Positions 1 to 14,524 of a stretch of DNA of 64,000 nucleotides are shown piece by piece. Under the pieces are notes generated by a model that had not been told where the DNA came from, did no database searches, and saw only the letters and a program-made list of their open reading frames with translations. How positions within the stretch are numbered: position 1 is the first letter of the stretch; each line of letters starts with the position of its first letter. The position numbers and the translations under genes were made by a program. Location: NCBI GenBank assembly GCA_001643675.2, contig LSRY02000001.1:1984001-2048000 (forward strand), read 5' to 3'. The DNA comes from Monocercomonoides exilis PA203. Lineage: Eukaryota; Protista; Preaxostyla.

Positions 1-3000
1 AACTCTACAACCGATGATGAAGAAAATGAAAATGATATGGAATGACTCAGCAACCCTGACCCCACAATGGCAATATGTGTTTCCCCTTCTCCAAATGTTG
101 GATATCGAAGTGATATCAAGTGGTCAATCGATGAACATGGTGCTTCCGAATACCCACACCCACTGAAGTCTCCTCCTTTCTCTCTCGAAACAAATCCATT
201 CCCACTCCAATTATCCCACAAATACACAACCAGTGGAATCACATATCCCTCCTCTCCTGTCGTCTTCCTTTCCCATCCACACAGTTCATCCAACGATCTC
301 AACTCCTCAGAACTCATCTCCCATTTGAGGTGATCCTCATTTACAATCTCACTCAGATCCCATCCCGAAATAAACACATTCTTCCCTTTCCAGGCATCGC
401 ATCCCTCAAATGACATTCCTTCCATCACAAATGTTACCATCTCGTCTGGCAGCTTAACAAACATCCCTCCTCCCATTCCTCTTCCTCCATCCTCCACATC
501 CTCTGTTGGCACTTCACATCCTGAATATTTCACATTTTTCATTTCCAAACTCCCTCCCTTCCCCACTGATATCTTCATCCCTCCTCCTTTCATAACACTC
601 CCTCCTGAACACACTGATGACAAATTGCATTCTTCAATATTCACAATCCCATTCACTCCCATCTCCACATTCAAGCATCCTCCTCCATTCCCACCTGTCA
701 CTTCCACTCCACACATTCGGCTGTTATTCATCTTCAATTTCACTCCATTTGTTATTGCGATTGGCGATTTCCCATGCATCTTCAGTGTCACTCCCCCTTC
801 CATCACAAATCCATGAACAACCAACCCTCCTCCCTCAATACAAATCACATTGTATCCAATCATTTCATCATTTCCAAACGAGACTGAACAGCTAGTAATT
901 GTGATGATTGCTGATGAGGAGTGGATAAATCCATTTCTCTTCCCATTCATCTCTTCATTCAGCATTAGTGACAAATATCTCATCTCAAATGATTTTGTGC
1001 ACTCAATAAGGTTATTTTGAGCTGTCGATCCTTTATCTTTTACAATCACCCTCATCCCTTCTTCTTTCCCTGAAACACTCACTTCAAATGACGCCACTTT
1101 CATCTCATTCTTTATCCATGATCCCGAAACAACTTCGATTTCATTCACGTTGCTGCTCGCTCTCTTCTCAACACAATAGTCAATCGTCAAACACCCAAAC
1201 TCCTCAAACCCACAATGACTGAGATCCAACGCCCTCTCTCCACTACCATCAACTCTCAACTTTGTCCCAATTGAACACAAATACACAAACAGCGGAATCA
1301 CTTCCCCTTCTTTCCCATCCTCACTCCCACACAACTTCAGAATATCTGATGGAATTGCATCTGACTCAAAAAACTCAAATGAGCTTGCATTCACATTCAA
1401 CTCCAACAACACTCCTCTTTCACATTGAACAAACAAATCCTTCCCATATTGAGCTTTGTTATTTGCTCCAAACAAACCCTCTCTTCCAGGTTCCATTTTC
1501 ATTGAACCATCCCTGCTCTCCATCACAATCATCATCCCTCCCCCTCTCCCTTCACTTCCCTCTGAACCTTTCGCATCACATCCATCAATCACACAACTCC
1601 CATTCACAACAACACTTCCTTCCCCTTTCACTCTAACGCACATCCCTCCTCCTCTTCCACAAAGGCAACTGCACCCCTTCACAACACACGACTCAATCAC
1701 AATTATCCCATTCTTTCCCTCACCTCTTTCTGCTCCAACCACTCCACTCACCCATCCCCCATCTCCATTTCTCTTCTCAATGTTGTTCACATCACATCCA
1801 CAAAACACAACTGATTCCACTCCTTCACCAAACTCAATCAGTGAATGTTCTCCAAATGTCAAGGTCTCTGTGATAACCAATCCCTCCACTTTCACTTTTC
1901 CCCCAATTACATTCACAAAACAATATCCAATGGAATTCTCTGATGAACAAATAACAGAACAGTCTGTGAGTGTGAGGAGTGTGGAGTTGGATGAAATCAG
2001 AGATGATTCACAAGATAGAGTATATGGAACGCAAAACTTGATGTTTCTTATTGAACTTTTGCTCTGAACCTCAATCATACAAGATGACTCAAAATTCTCT
2101 GGTGCTTTCACCCCAATCTCCATCCCTTTTGTCGCACATGAAATCTCCCATTCATAACCATCTGTCATTCCAACTGCCTCAGTAAGCTCAAATCCTGAAT
2201 CCAATTCGATCTTCTTGTTTGCGTCTGCATATTTCACCTGCGCTGCATGAGTGATGGTGGCACACGGATAATAAGCAAACCCACAAAACCACGAGTTGTA
2301 TCCACCCAGCCCATCCTTCGCCTTCCCCACATGCGCTGCATTCGGAAATGCGTCCAAAAAGACATTCAATGGGAATAGTCCCATTGTTGGGACACTCCGA
2401 TCATATCCCACAATCTCATTGAATTTTGAACTGTCATGTTGGACATTCAGTGTTGAAGAGCTTATTGCCCAGCTCGCAGAATCGCTCCCATTCACAAACA
2501 CATAACTTCCTCCCAATGAAGCAGTGCAACCTGTGAAGTCAACAGACAAAATTGAGAAGTCGCGCGATCCATCTGCCAGATACAACATTATCCCTCCTCC
2601 ATTTTCACTGCATTTGCATCTGTTGAATTTTGTTGTTTCACCTCCAGGAGCTGAAGAAGTCCCAACCCGCAACTTGCTTGTTGAATACAATAAATCAACC
2701 TTGATCCCTCCACCACTACCATTCTCACACTCACAATCCTCGATTATCACATTCTGAACAACGAATGTCTCTCCTGCCTTCACACTCTTTGCCACAACCA
2801 CCCCGTCTCCTTCAGTCAACTTCACATTTTTCACAGACAAGTTCGCGAGGATGCTCTCTCCTGATACAGTAGCTGTCAAAAACAGGGCAGACGAGGAGGA
2901 GGAAGATGATGATAGATCAGGTTCAGAAAATAATGGTCCTGAGATATTCAAATCTTTGATTTCCACATCAGCCATCGACAGCTGCGACAGCGGCACCACA

Positions 3001-5283
3001 AACACTGACGACGACATCACATAGTCTCCTGTTTTACTCGTGGTGATCACAACGTCTTCCAACGAGAGTGACCCACTCCCATCAGATACCACAACCACAC
3101 TCGGCGAAGGACTTGAATTTGAGTTGCAGTCAACCTTCATGTGAAATAAACCAAGATGGCCTGTCGTCACACTAAATAGCTCTCTTGTTGATGAAAGTGC
3201 CCCTGTTCCAATCGAACTCTCCGTCCTCCCTTTCCCGATGACAGAAATCTTCTTTGATCCGATATCAATAGTTGCTGTCTCGCTTATGTGATCCCCTTCC
3301 ATCAGCGTGATTGTCAAGCTAATCTGCACCTCACACATCTCAAACGCCTTCTTCACCGTCAGACACGGATTTGTTGTATTTGCCCCACAAAGAACATATG
3401 AATCATTTCCATTCACCGAAACATACAACGTCTTGTCCTTCAGCCAATCCTTTTTTGATATTTGATTGTACATCCAACTGCTTCCATTATAATTATAGGC
3501 ATAGCACAACCTCTTATCATCTGTGTTTGTGGTGTAGCATTCATAGAATGGATTGCCTGAATTCAAAAATGAATTGTAGTTATCAACATATTCAATATCA
3601 TGTCCATGTGGAACGCTGTCAGAGCATTTGCATTCATGAAAAAGCAAAAAATAACAATATGTTATATTATTTAGTTCTGTTGCTCGATTTTGATACAGTT
3701 CCAATCCTCCACCACCTTGTCAATGCAGAACATGAAATGAACTGAATGCTCCTCATTTTGAATGCCGCCGGAACATTTTGACAATACATCCCTCCGCCTC
3801 CATTGTTTGTCAATGAGCATGAAGTGAAACTGCAGTCAAACACACACGCACTCTCCCCTCCTCCATTTTCTGTTCCAATACAGGAAGATCCAGAAATATA
3901 AAAGTTATCCAGATAAAGCCCTCCTCCCACTCGATATGCTTTGCATTTCTGAAATTCACATCCGCAGATCCGAACACATGATGAAATCATATAAATGAAC
4001 GCCCCTCCTCCAAAGCGATTTTGTCCTTCACAAGAATTAAAAAAACTGTGTTCAATCTCAACCGAACTGATTCCATAGCATATGACCCCTCCTCCAGCAT
4101 AATGAGCATAGCAATCATTGAATGAACAATGAGAAACTGAAAGTTCTCCTGAATTGAGATAAAACATTCGAATTGCTCCACCATTGGAAGCATCATCAGT
4201 GTAATCATCTTTGTTTCCAGAAGCCTTCGATCCATTCCATTCACACCAAATAAACGAATTAGCTCCATTGAATGTTTCGTTCTGTCTGTCTGGCTTTAAT
4301 GGAATCTCTGAAGTTCCTTCACATTCAACATTTCTTGTTCGATAGCATCCAATAAACGATGCGTTCGAGGCTATGAAAGAGGCCAAAGGGTTGTTCAGAG
4401 AGGGAACAATCCCTCCATCATACACATCAAAAACTGATGAGAATGAGCAACTACTCATCAAACATGTGGTTTGGGTTGACGTTGTTGTTGGAGATGAACA
4501 TGCATCATGTGCTGTTGAGATGTTGAAGAAGGTTAATTTGGAGAGTGAAATAAGAGGAATGAAGGGAGATGAGAGAAATGGTGCTGATGAAATATGAAAA
4601 GACGAGAAATGAGATGAACAAACAGAAACATGACATTTTTCAAGAAATTTACCTTGGAATGCTTTTGAAGAAAATAGAGAAGGAAATATCTGTTCAGTTG
4701 AGGTTGAAGATGATCTGAGAGAAATGTTGGTGAATAATCCACAGCTCCCGCAAAAATCAAAGGGAGACGTCTCTCTCTCAACTCCAACAACACATCCACT
4801 CACCTCAACAAAACATCCATCTTTTGCCCTGAGCACACTCTCCCCACCTTTTTCCATCAATCCCAATGAATTCAGTTTCATTGATGAATTGACCAGAACA
4901 AGGCATCCTTCAATCTGACTCCAATCGCACATTCTCTCCTTTTCCCGCATTTTCCATTCATCGCAAAAATTCAAATTTTGAACTTTCCCGATTTCTCCTC
5001 GTCCATCATTCCATTGTTTTGTGTATTTCTTCATCATTCTCTCTTGTTTTTCTGTCTCTCTCATCCCTTCTTTTTTTTCATCATTATGCACATCAAATAA
5101 AATGCCATTTCCATATTTGCTATTTTCAGCCTTCTCTTGCCATGTACCTTCAGTATAATTCATATTCTCAACTTTCGCTGATTCCTCTCTAAATCCTGCA
5201 CCATCACTTGTTGCACCATTGCACATGCATTCAACACAAATTATCCACACACAATAAAATATTCCCGACAGCACCAATACCAT
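1..5283 (-). CDS. Giant Cys-rich GG[AG]I beta-helix (pectin-lyase/Pmp-like) secreted or surface protein; one frameshift near 3717; runs off the window start
   Basis: ORF 5283-3667 has a hydrophobic N-terminus and GGAI/GGG-hydrophobic motifs with F..C spacing. At ...CSALT the frame slips; removing one base gives GGGGLELY...YVSVNGNDSYVLCGANTTNPCLTV, the family module. The same frame still reads as protein at position 3, and the ORF track lists no closed minus-strand ORF there. Confidence 0.8.
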
Positions 5284-6049
5284 GCCTCTCCAACAGTTTG
5301 CTTTTCTCTTTTTTCTTTCAAACTAATATGGGCACAACAAATATTTTTGACATTTTTCAATGACTGAATATCACATAACTGTACAAAAATATATTATCTT
5401 CTTTGTTTTCTTTATGATCCATTTTTGATCCTAAGAATAATTGTGAATGATTCATCCATTTTTGTTAATTTTCTGATATTTCAGCCGTCACTCTCCGTCC
5501 AGCGATATCTACCATCTGAGATGGAATAACATATGATTAAGAGCATATTATTTTGTTGGCTGTATTTTCATGAGAAATGGCAACTGGGATAGAAATGAAT
5601 GATGTGAAGATTGATGAACCAGATGAATGGAAGAGGTATGAGTGATGGAAGTTTTGCGGTTCTGCACCACATATAAATGTATGTTTTTTGGTGGATTATT
5701 TGTGATATTTTGATTTGAAGGGATTTTCGATACATTGAAAGAAATGATTGTTTTTGCTTCGATTGGCCGAAATGGGCGCTTTTCACAAAAGGGATGGGCT
5801 GCCTGAAACAAGATTATACGAGCATTTGGATTGGGTTTTTGAAGTGTTTTTCTCACAGATAGAGATGGAATTTCAGTTCAAAGGTGAGTGGCCGAAATGT
5901 GAAATGAGCGAAAATGGATATTTTTATAAAGTCAAAGGGGTCTCTGGAATGAATGCTATTTACAATTGGTATGCTATTATCTCTGTTTTGTTCGAATCTT
6001 CTTTTGAAAAATGAATTTTTTTATTTTTTATTTTTTCATAAATAGAACA

Positions 6050-8300
6050 ATGGAAGTCTTGCAAGAAATGCCTGAGGAATTTTATTGGTGGGGAGATCTC
6101 TTTTTGAAGAAAGAGATTGAAAAGGAAAATGAGGAGGCGGAATCAGGTTAAAGGCTATTTACAAATAGGAATGCAATTGAAGAAAAGAAGAACAAACAAC
6201 ATTGAAGATTTTGAAGCAAAGGAAAACAGCAAATTATGTTGAAACATGTCTATGGAGTTTAGCTCTTTCAAGCCGCATTCGCCGTCACCGTTTTGGAAGA
6301 GAAAGGAAAAGAATTGGATTTATGTTCACTCATTGATATATTTTCAGAGAAGACAAAGGCATGATTGAAAGGAAAAGTATTTCTTCTTCTTCACCTTCAA
6401 ACACACCTCAAGCATCATCAACCTCCTTCTTAAACAACCTTCTTCATCATCTTCATCAGCAGTGAGGGAAAATCGCAAAGAGTTATATTTATCTATTTGA
6501 TCGATGGAATTCAAGTTATTTCCTTTTGTGATTGAGCTGCTGAGAAGAAGAAAGAAGAAAGAATCATCAATTTTCGCCTTCTCCTTCTCTTTCTCTTTCT
6601 TCTTCTTCTTCTTTTCTTCTTTTTTTCGTCCTTCTCCTTCTCCTTCTCAACTTTGTTCTCTTCTTCAAATTCTTCTCCATTAATTTCATCAACGTCATCA
6701 ACTTCTTCTCCTTCTCCTTCTCCTTCTCCTTCAACATCATCACCATTTTTTAAAAGCCGCTTCATCTTCGTCGCAACCTCCTTGTTCATCAAAAGCAAAT
6801 TCAACACCATCAAAACCTTCCTGCAGTCAATCATCACTCATTTCTGTCATTCACTCAAATATCTTCTTTTCTTTTCATATTCAACATCCGCATTCAGCTG
6901 CAGAGGGAAGACAAAGAACGTCATTTTCAGTTCTGAACGCATCTTCTTTCTTTTCCTCTGCTTCAATGTGTCTGTCAACAAATACGAACTCTTTTCTTCC
7001 ATTGAGCTGTTGATATGCCAAAAGTGATGAATGCACATCGTCAAAAACACAGAAACTTTTCAGAAGATTCAGAGAACATTTATTCACAGGCGTGTTGGAG
7101 CAATCAGCAGATTGCGTGAAATTGATAAGTCGGATGGCGTTTGTTCTGAGAGACCGATTGAAACGAAGACGAAGAGACAGACAAGAAGAAGCTGAATGAA
7201 GCAAGATGAATTGGATGAAATGAATGAAATGGAGTCATATCAGATATATTTGGAATAATTAAAGATAACGAGTCATTACTGGCTGCTGAGGGAAGAAGGA
7301 CATGGAAGAGATGAAAGGCGCGAATGGTGGAGGCAATGCCAGGAATGGCAAAGGCAAAGGCGAAAACGAAGAAACGAAGAGAAAGGAAATAATTCAGCAA
7401 TGTTATTTCTGAGAACATAAGCGGAATGCTACCGATTAGAAAAGACCCATCCTCGTTTGGTGGAAGGGAAGATGAATGATAACTGAAAAGTCGCTTCACA
7501 ACGATCAAGACAGAAACTTGAGGAAGACCAAAAAAAAAAAAGAAAAATGAAAAGGAGATCAGAAGCGGAAAGAGAAGAAGCACCAGGCAATTTAAATAAA
7601 GAACAAATGTGATATTCTCACAAAAAGACGTTTAAGAGAAGCCAGAGGAAATGTAATGTTGATTTGGCAGCTACTGATGGTATTTTCTGGCTTCGGCCTT
7701 TTTACAATATGACTTTTTGGTTTCCTTCTTCCAAATTGTTTTCTCATTCAAAGAGAACATTGAATGATGGCGTAACTTCACAATTCAATTTCAATCAGAT
7801 GAGCTTTTTTGCAGAGTTGTGTGATATTTGCAGTATGGAATTTATCGATCTCCTTCACCAACAAGATTCCTTCATTTCAATACACTCCGCTTCATCCACC
7901 TGTGCCAAAGAGAGGGAAAAAGGCAGAAGAAGAAAAAGAAAAAGAAAAAGAAAAAGATGATAATAATAATATTTTTGTTCAAATACACCAACGGAACTAA
8001 GAAACAAAACAATTTGTGGATAGCATGTGACTATTTCATCAGCAGACCAATATTCCTTTTCAGAACGGATGCAAATCATATTTTGCTGATAGAAGAAATA
8101 CCTCTTCTGCACAGAAATTGAAAATAAATAGAATCCAGTTGCTTTTTTCTGAACTTCCATTGTTTTTTTGTGTAAAAGGAATTGACTTAACTTTCTTGGA
8201 TGAGCAACTGAGCGGAGTTATTTGAAGGCATTTTGTTCGACAGATGCTTGGACTGATAGCCGTCAAGCTTCATTCAAAGAATAACTGCTTTTAGAAACGT
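6050..8300. pseudogene. Degenerate remnants of lineage-specific gene(s)
   Basis: Patches of codon-like and low-complexity (S/E/K-rich) sequence broken by many stops; no continuous ORF or recognisable domain. Confidence 0.3.
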
Positions 8301-8861
8301 TATTTTTTTTTCTTTACAGGAAGAGGTGAAGAATCCAAGATATTCACATTTCTTTGTGAAAATATTCGACAGAATGTGATAGTTTATATGAATCCTGTTC
8401 ATCTGTTGAAAATAATTTTATTTATTCATTTTTCTTTCAAAAAATATGTTTTTTCGATTCTTTTTCCTTCATTTTCAGCTTTTTTTCTCTCTTTTTGCTT
8501 TCATTTTTGTCATTAGCGCTTGCGAATTTTCAAGTGAACGTGTCTTCAAAGATAAACAGGTTTATTCACACATTCCTCAATTTTGTTTCATGTTTCAATT
8601 TTCATATTATTTTGGTTTGTTTCACAAACTTTGAGATTAAACAATATAAATCCATTTTGTTGGATGATCATTTTGGCATTTTCACAGGAAAACCCGCTTT
8701 GATCTTTCACAGCAACAATGAAAAGGTTCTAATTTTTGAAATGAAAATGTTTAACTCCACAAATAGTTAAAATAAAATTAAAAATAAATGATGAACAAAA
8801 AAATGAGAATAAAATGAATTGGAAAAGACAAGAAACTTCAAACAACCAAAACCATTTCAAA

Positions 8862-10898
8862 TCAAAATCCAATTCTTAACATGAGATACAACACGGCTTC
8901 ATCCACGATGTTGTAGTGCCGAAGAGTCTTTTCGTCTTCAAGCGGTGCTCCTGCAAAGACAAGTGTCTGCAGATCCCGAGGAACTCCTCTTCTTTCCTGG
9001 ATCTTCTGCTTCACTCTTCCAACCGTGTCTGTGCTCAGCACTTCAACACCAATATCTCTTCCACACATCTCCTTCACACAAATTCGCATTTGCTTCGCTT
9101 TGAACACAACGCGAAGCGTGTCTTCTCTCTCAACACCGCACTCTTCTAGTGTTCTTCCATCTTCCAGCTGCTCTCCTCCAAACATCACCTGCTGCTCGCC
9201 AAATGGAATTCCTTCTCTGTTTGCAATCTTCTCCTTCACTTGTCCAATCGTGTCTGTGCTCGACACTTCAAGAGCGATGCTTTTTCCACTCCCAATCTTC
9301 ACAAAAATGTGCATTTTTGAGGCTGGCCTCAAAGCCAGTCGAAGCGTGTCTTCTTCCTGCACATGGTAATCTTGAAGCAATTTTCCGTCTTCCAGTTCTT
9401 TCCCAGCAAAGACGAGACTCTGCAGCTCTGAAGGAATTCCTTCTTGGCCTTGAATCTTCTGCTTCACATATTCCACACTGTCTGTTCCATCAACACCAAG
9501 AGTGACGGTCTTCCCACTCGACATCTTCACAAAAATCGTCACGTCGCCTGACCTTAACGCAAGGTGGAGCGAATCTTCGTTCTTGACACAGTAATCTTGA
9601 AGCGTTTTCCTGTCTTCCAGTTCCTTTCCTTCATATATGAGTATTTGCTGTTTCAGAGGAATCCCTTCTTTGCTTTGTATTTTCTCCTTCACTCTTCCAA
9701 TCGTGTCTGTGCTCGACACATCAACAGCTGCTATTTTGCCTGTCCATATCTTCACAAATATCCACATCCTCAGACAATCTCCCTCCGAAAGGAAAAGAAC
9801 ATCGCCCTTTTCGATCCCGTAGAAATGAAGAGTGTTTCCATCCTCAAGATTCACATCCCCAAATTTCAGCCTTTGCTTTTCAACGCAAATGCCTTCGCTC
9901 ATTTCAATCTTCTCCTTCACACATCTGATGGTGTCTGCGCTTTCAACCTCAACAGCAACTCGCTTTTCTGCTGATGTCTTCACAAAAATCTTCAGATCCC
10001 CACAATACAAGAACAGACGGATGTTCTCCCCATTGCTCATCTTGTAGTGCCCCACCGTCTTTTCGTTTTCAAGAAATTCCCAAAACCGATAAAGACTTTG
10101 ATTTTCTACGGGAATGCCTGTTAATCCTCGAATTTTGTCTTTCAGTGTATGGATCGTTTCATCAACTTCCATCTCAACTGAAAAACGCTCTCCCGATCTT
10201 CTGGTAACAAAAAGCTGAATCCTATCGGGCTGTCTTTCAACCTCAGAAGCCCCGTCAATACCGATGTTGTAGTCTTGTGAAGTTTTTTGGTTTTCGAGTT
10301 CTTTTCCTTCGTGCGCGAGCGTTCGAGGGTTTGGAAAGTTTCCTTCTTTGTCTTCAATCTTCTGCCCCGCACATCCAATCGCATCTTTGCTTTCAGCATT
10401 GAGGTAATCATCTCTTCCATGCGTTCCCTTCAAACAAAGTTGCATTTTTGATATTTTATACACAAGGCGAACGATATCTTCTTTCTCAACTCCGTAGTCT
10501 CGAAGCGTTTTTCCCTCTTCAAGTCTTGCTCCTGAGAACACGAGTATCTGCTGCTCTGCGCGGATCCCTTCTTTGTCTTGGATTTTCCGCTTCACCGCCT
10601 CGATCGTGTCTGTGCGCTCAACGTTCAGAGTGAAGGTTTTTCCTGTTGTTGTCTTCACCAAAATTGGCATTCCAAATTTCTTCCGAATCACCACATACAG
10701 TGTGCATTCTTCACAGACCCCACACTCTCGAAGCGTTTTTCGGTCTTCAAGCTGCTCTCCTGAGAAAACAAGAATCTGTCGTTCTGGCGGAATTCCTTCT
10801 TCGTCTTCAACCTTCTTCTTCGCGGATGCAACAGTGTCTGTGTTTTCGACGTTGAGAGTGAGGATTTTTCCACTCAGCATCCCCACAAATATCTTCAT
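8862..10898 (-). CDS. Tandem ubiquitin-like domain protein with 9 divergent Ubl units and no di-Gly
   Basis: 678 aa consisting of nine ~75-aa repeats with ubiquitin hallmarks (MxIFVK..GK, DTI..VK.KI...EGIP..QQ.L.F.G..LEDGKTL.DY). The units end in KKFG, ISK, PDR, CGD, CLR, RSGD, PASK, KAKQ and RIGF. Confidence 0.92.
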   Translation of the reverse strand: MKIFVGMLSGKILTLNVENTDTVASAKKKVEDEEGIPPERQILVFSGEQLEDRKTLRECGVCEECTLYVVIRKKFGMPILVKTTTGKTFTLNVERTDTIEAVKRKIQDKEGIRAEQQILVFSGARLEEGKTLRDYGVEKEDIVRLVYKISKMQLCLKGTHGRDDYLNAESKDAIGCAGQKIEDKEGNFPNPRTLAHEGKELENQKTSQDYNIGIDGASEVERQPDRIQLFVTRRSGERFSVEMEVDETIHTLKDKIRGLTGIPVENQSLYRFWEFLENEKTVGHYKMSNGENIRLFLYCGDLKIFVKTSAEKRVAVEVESADTIRCVKEKIEMSEGICVEKQRLKFGDVNLEDGNTLHFYGIEKGDVLFLSEGDCLRMWIFVKIWTGKIAAVDVSSTDTIGRVKEKIQSKEGIPLKQQILIYEGKELEDRKTLQDYCVKNEDSLHLALRSGDVTIFVKMSSGKTVTLGVDGTDSVEYVKQKIQGQEGIPSELQSLVFAGKELEDGKLLQDYHVQEEDTLRLALRPASKMHIFVKIGSGKSIALEVSSTDTIGQVKEKIANREGIPFGEQQVMFGGEQLEDGRTLEECGVEREDTLRVVFKAKQMRICVKEMCGRDIGVEVLSTDTVGRVKQKIQERRGVPRDLQTLVFAGAPLEDEKTLRHYNIVDEAVLYLMLRIGF

Positions 10899-11263
10899 TT
10901 TTGTTGTTTATTAATTTTTTCAGTTGATTTATTCCATATTTTTTTTTACGATTTCGAAAATTCAAGATGTGATTTTTCATATTCTTGTTCGTTTTTCTTC
11001 TATAAATTTATGCAAAATACTTTTTCAAAAAAAGAAAAGGAATTGAAAAGATATTCATTTGAGTTTTCTGTAATTTCTTTTGGAAATTATTCGTCGCAAA
11101 AATCAATAGAATTGACAAAGACATATTTCTGTTTCAGAACAATTTGTTCAAAAGGAATTGTTTCTTAATCAAGTGCAAAATCAATAAAAAAAGTGAAAAT
11201 ACAATTATTATCAATATCATTTTTTTAATTCAAAGAAATAAGAATAAGAATAAAAATAATCAA

Positions 11264-11699
11264 AATGTTGCAAAAGAAAGAGGGAATTGGATGAAATGTT
11301 GGAAGGAAGAAGACAATACATGGAATGCGTAAGAGATAGCGATCAGCCAAAATAAAGTTCCAGGCTGGTCATCTCTTCTTATTGAGCATGTTTCCCTCTG
11401 CTTGAGTGTTCCTTCAATCTCCTTTTTTTTCTTCCTTCCACCACGAAAAACAGGAAACACTTAAGAAGGAACAAAGGCAGTCTGTTGTCATGCTGTGTGG
11501 GCGTGAGAGGCAAGAAGTAGTGAAAGGTACATCAGCACAGGAGAAGGCATTCAGAGTGGAACAGACTTTGGCCTCATTCCTTGAGTCACTGGAAAAGACT
11601 GCGGTGCATTTGCCAAGTGCACTGACAATAGCACAATCAGAAGACAACTCCTGCAATGATGATGATGATGATGATGGAGATGAAGCTTCTGAGCAGTAG
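11264..11699 (+). pseudogene. Two-exon 3' gene fragment with an acidic tail
   Basis: A GTAAG...CAG intron (about 11329-11453) is followed by an open frame ETLKKEQRQ...DDDDDDGDEASEQ*. No clear start codon or domain. Confidence 0.3.
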
Positions 11700-12708
11700 A
11701 GTGCAAAATAGATGGATGAGTGAGAGAGAGAAGATATAAAGGAAGATTGGAAAATGAAAAGAAAAATGTCATGAATCTTCGCAATCTCTTGTGCTTTTTT
11801 TTAAATCTTCTCATTCATCTTTCATTTTCAACTTCTCCTCTTCTTTCGTTAAATCTTCTGATTCCCTCTTTCTTTCAACAAATTGAATGAAATGATTCTC
11901 ATATATTCAAAATTGTAACAGCAAAACTTAATAGCCTATTTCAAGACCATGCCCAAACGTCAAAGCAACTGATTCCTTATTGGCTCCTTCCGGAAGACAT
12001 CCAACTTCCTTATGCATCGATTTCTGAACTGCCAAATAAAATCAGGTTTGGTTTTCTTTTCAATTCAATTTTATTTCGCAAAAAATGTTTTCAAAATATA
12101 ACGCTGTTCTAACATCTATATGCTCCACGGCAGTCGGTGGAACTTGATGCTTGCCTGTTTAATTCCTCTCTGAAAGGCGAAGATTTCCCTAAAAAGACAT
12201 TTCGTCCGATTCTCGCGTTCTGAAGAGACAGATATTGGAAATATCTTCACAATCAATTGAACAATATAAATCTCAAACACTACGTCTTTTTGTATAATTA
12301 ATAAAATTGTTGTATTACGTTGGCATTTCAATTAACAAAATACATCAGATTGAATTTCTAAAATCTTGGAATTACCATCATTGTCCGTTTTTTCAACGGG
12401 AGATTATGTTTGTAATTCTGCAGGATAAATTCATTTATCAACACTCATTTTGCTGATTGATATTCCAGTTCAAACAAATCACTTTTCGATCTTTGAATCC
12501 ATAACAACAAACCGAATATAGTTTAACATTTTTTTCTTAACAATCACTTTCCAAAAGTGCCAAGACAATAAAGAATGGTGTGAACGTGACATTTTTAATG
12601 ACTATTTTTGAGATTTTGTAATTCATCTATGTCGTCTTTCCAAACATATGCGAATTCAATGTGAATGATCATAATTGTGTTGTTTCTGAATGCAATGAAT
12701 TTTCAAAA

Positions 12709-14205
12709 ATGCAGACTGTGAGCGTCACTGAAAGATACAACAGTGTGCATCCATCGTTGCATTTGAATTCCTGGTGATTGTGGTTCTTTCCTTTTATATT
12801 GAAGAATTATTTTCAGAGCTTGAAGCTTGCGATGAGGATGAACAGATAAAGAAAATTGAAAAAATGAATGAAGTGATGGACGAGATGGACGAAGAAGAAC
12901 TTGAATCTGTGGTCACTACAGAAGTGTTCAATGGAATTTACACAATGATTGTAGAAAAGAAAATAACAATGAAAAATATATTGTTGTTGTTGAAGCACGT
13001 TGGATGTTGCAAAGTGCTGAAAAGAGTTATTATTGATGAATTTGAAGTAACTTCGTTGAACAAAAGATTTGAGAAGATGATTATTGATGAAAATGAGAAA
13101 AAAAAGGATGAAAAGAAAGAAAAGCTGCTAACTGATCTTTGTGAATGCTATCTTTTGCTAAACGAAAAACATTCTTCAGAACTGCTTTCAATTTGTGTGG
13201 ACTGTCTTCTGAAAGCTGCATTGAACAAAGAGAAAAACGAGAAAACTCAAAAAGAAGTGGAAATGGCATTGTTGGCTTTGAGCAATGTTGGGATGCGCTA
13301 CGTGTGATTTTCTTATTAATTGATTTATTGAATTGTTTTTGGTTCATTTATTATGTTATAATTATATTTCATAGATAATTGAAAGAGATCTTTTCTTGGA
13401 TGAAATCAAAGAGATTATCCAACATCACCAGGAACATCACAATCTCACTCGCCTTGCATACCAGTCTGCTTGGGCATTTTTCATATACAGGTCATTTTTC
13501 AGCGGATCATTGAATGAAGTGGTTATGAATGAAATGTATTTTGTGAGAGAGGTAACAAGAGAGGTGGAAGAATTGATTAAGTGTGTGGATTGGAAGAGAA
13601 AAGAAGATGAGGAAAGAGAAAAAGAAGAAGAGCATGTTTTGAAGGAATGGATCCATACATTGTTCAATATCTTATATTCCTGCTATTATTGGAATGAAGA
13701 ATATTTAGAGCTTATCGGCTGCATTGTTCAGTTATTTCGAGCATCAAGGGACAATCACAGAGAAATTAACAATGAATGCATTGATTTTTTTCAAGCAGCA
13801 GCCGGAAATAAAATTGTGAAAGTTGAATGCTTGTTGAAAGGAGGAGCTTTTGATGTTATGATGGAGGAAATTCAGTGGCCAACGTTAGATGACATATATG
13901 CATTTCATATCTTGAAATTCTTTTTGGAAATTTCAGAAAGACTGAAAGAAGAGAAGGAATATGAAATGGAAGAAGATGAGGATTTTGAAAGGGAAGAAGA
14001 GAAGGAAGAAGAGAAGGAAGAAGAGAAGGAAGAAGAGAGGGAAAAAATGAAAAGAAAAGAAGCAAAAAGAAAAGTGCTTGAAAAGATGGAAGAAGAGGGA
14101 TATGAAGATTCCATCACAAGCTGTCGTGAAATTCTTCTGTTTTTGAAGTTGGATTTTGGTAATTCTCTTTCTGAATGTTTCTCAGATTATTTGGTGAACA
14201 TGTGA
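12709..14205 (+). CDS. Lineage-specific helical (ARM-like) protein, 3 exons
   Basis: Exons 12709-12742, 12805-13301 and 13375-14205 join in frame through GT-AG introns (MQTVSVTERYNKLFSELEAC...; EVEMALLALSN; HHNLTRLAYQSAW). E/K-rich C-terminus. Confidence 0.75.
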
Positions 14206-14524
14206 ATAAAAAAGTGTTATACTTATCCTTGTGTTTTTTGAAGAGGAAGATTTTTTAATGGGGTTCGTTGTGGTTTAGCTTCATTTCAGATCTGTAATTC
14301 CAACAATGCAAATAGAAAAATATATCTGAAGAAAATATATTCTATTTTTAATTTTTCAATTTTGAATGATTTGCATTTGAAAAAAAAAGAATGTTCAAAA
14401 AAGAATACTGAAACATGGAAACTGGGAATTCAAGTGAAATAAAAGAAGAAAGAATCTTTTGGAGAATGTGTGTGAATAAATGAGAAAACAGAGTATTTTG
14501 TTAATTCGAATGATTTTCATTCGC

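Noticed and set aside
67-3745. Plus-strand ORFs in the first 3.7 kb
   Set aside because: Antisense shadows of the long minus-strand gene that runs off the window.
8862-10898. Canonical polyubiquitin (UBB/UBC) call
   Set aside because: The units are too divergent and lack LRLRGG, so no gene symbol is assigned.
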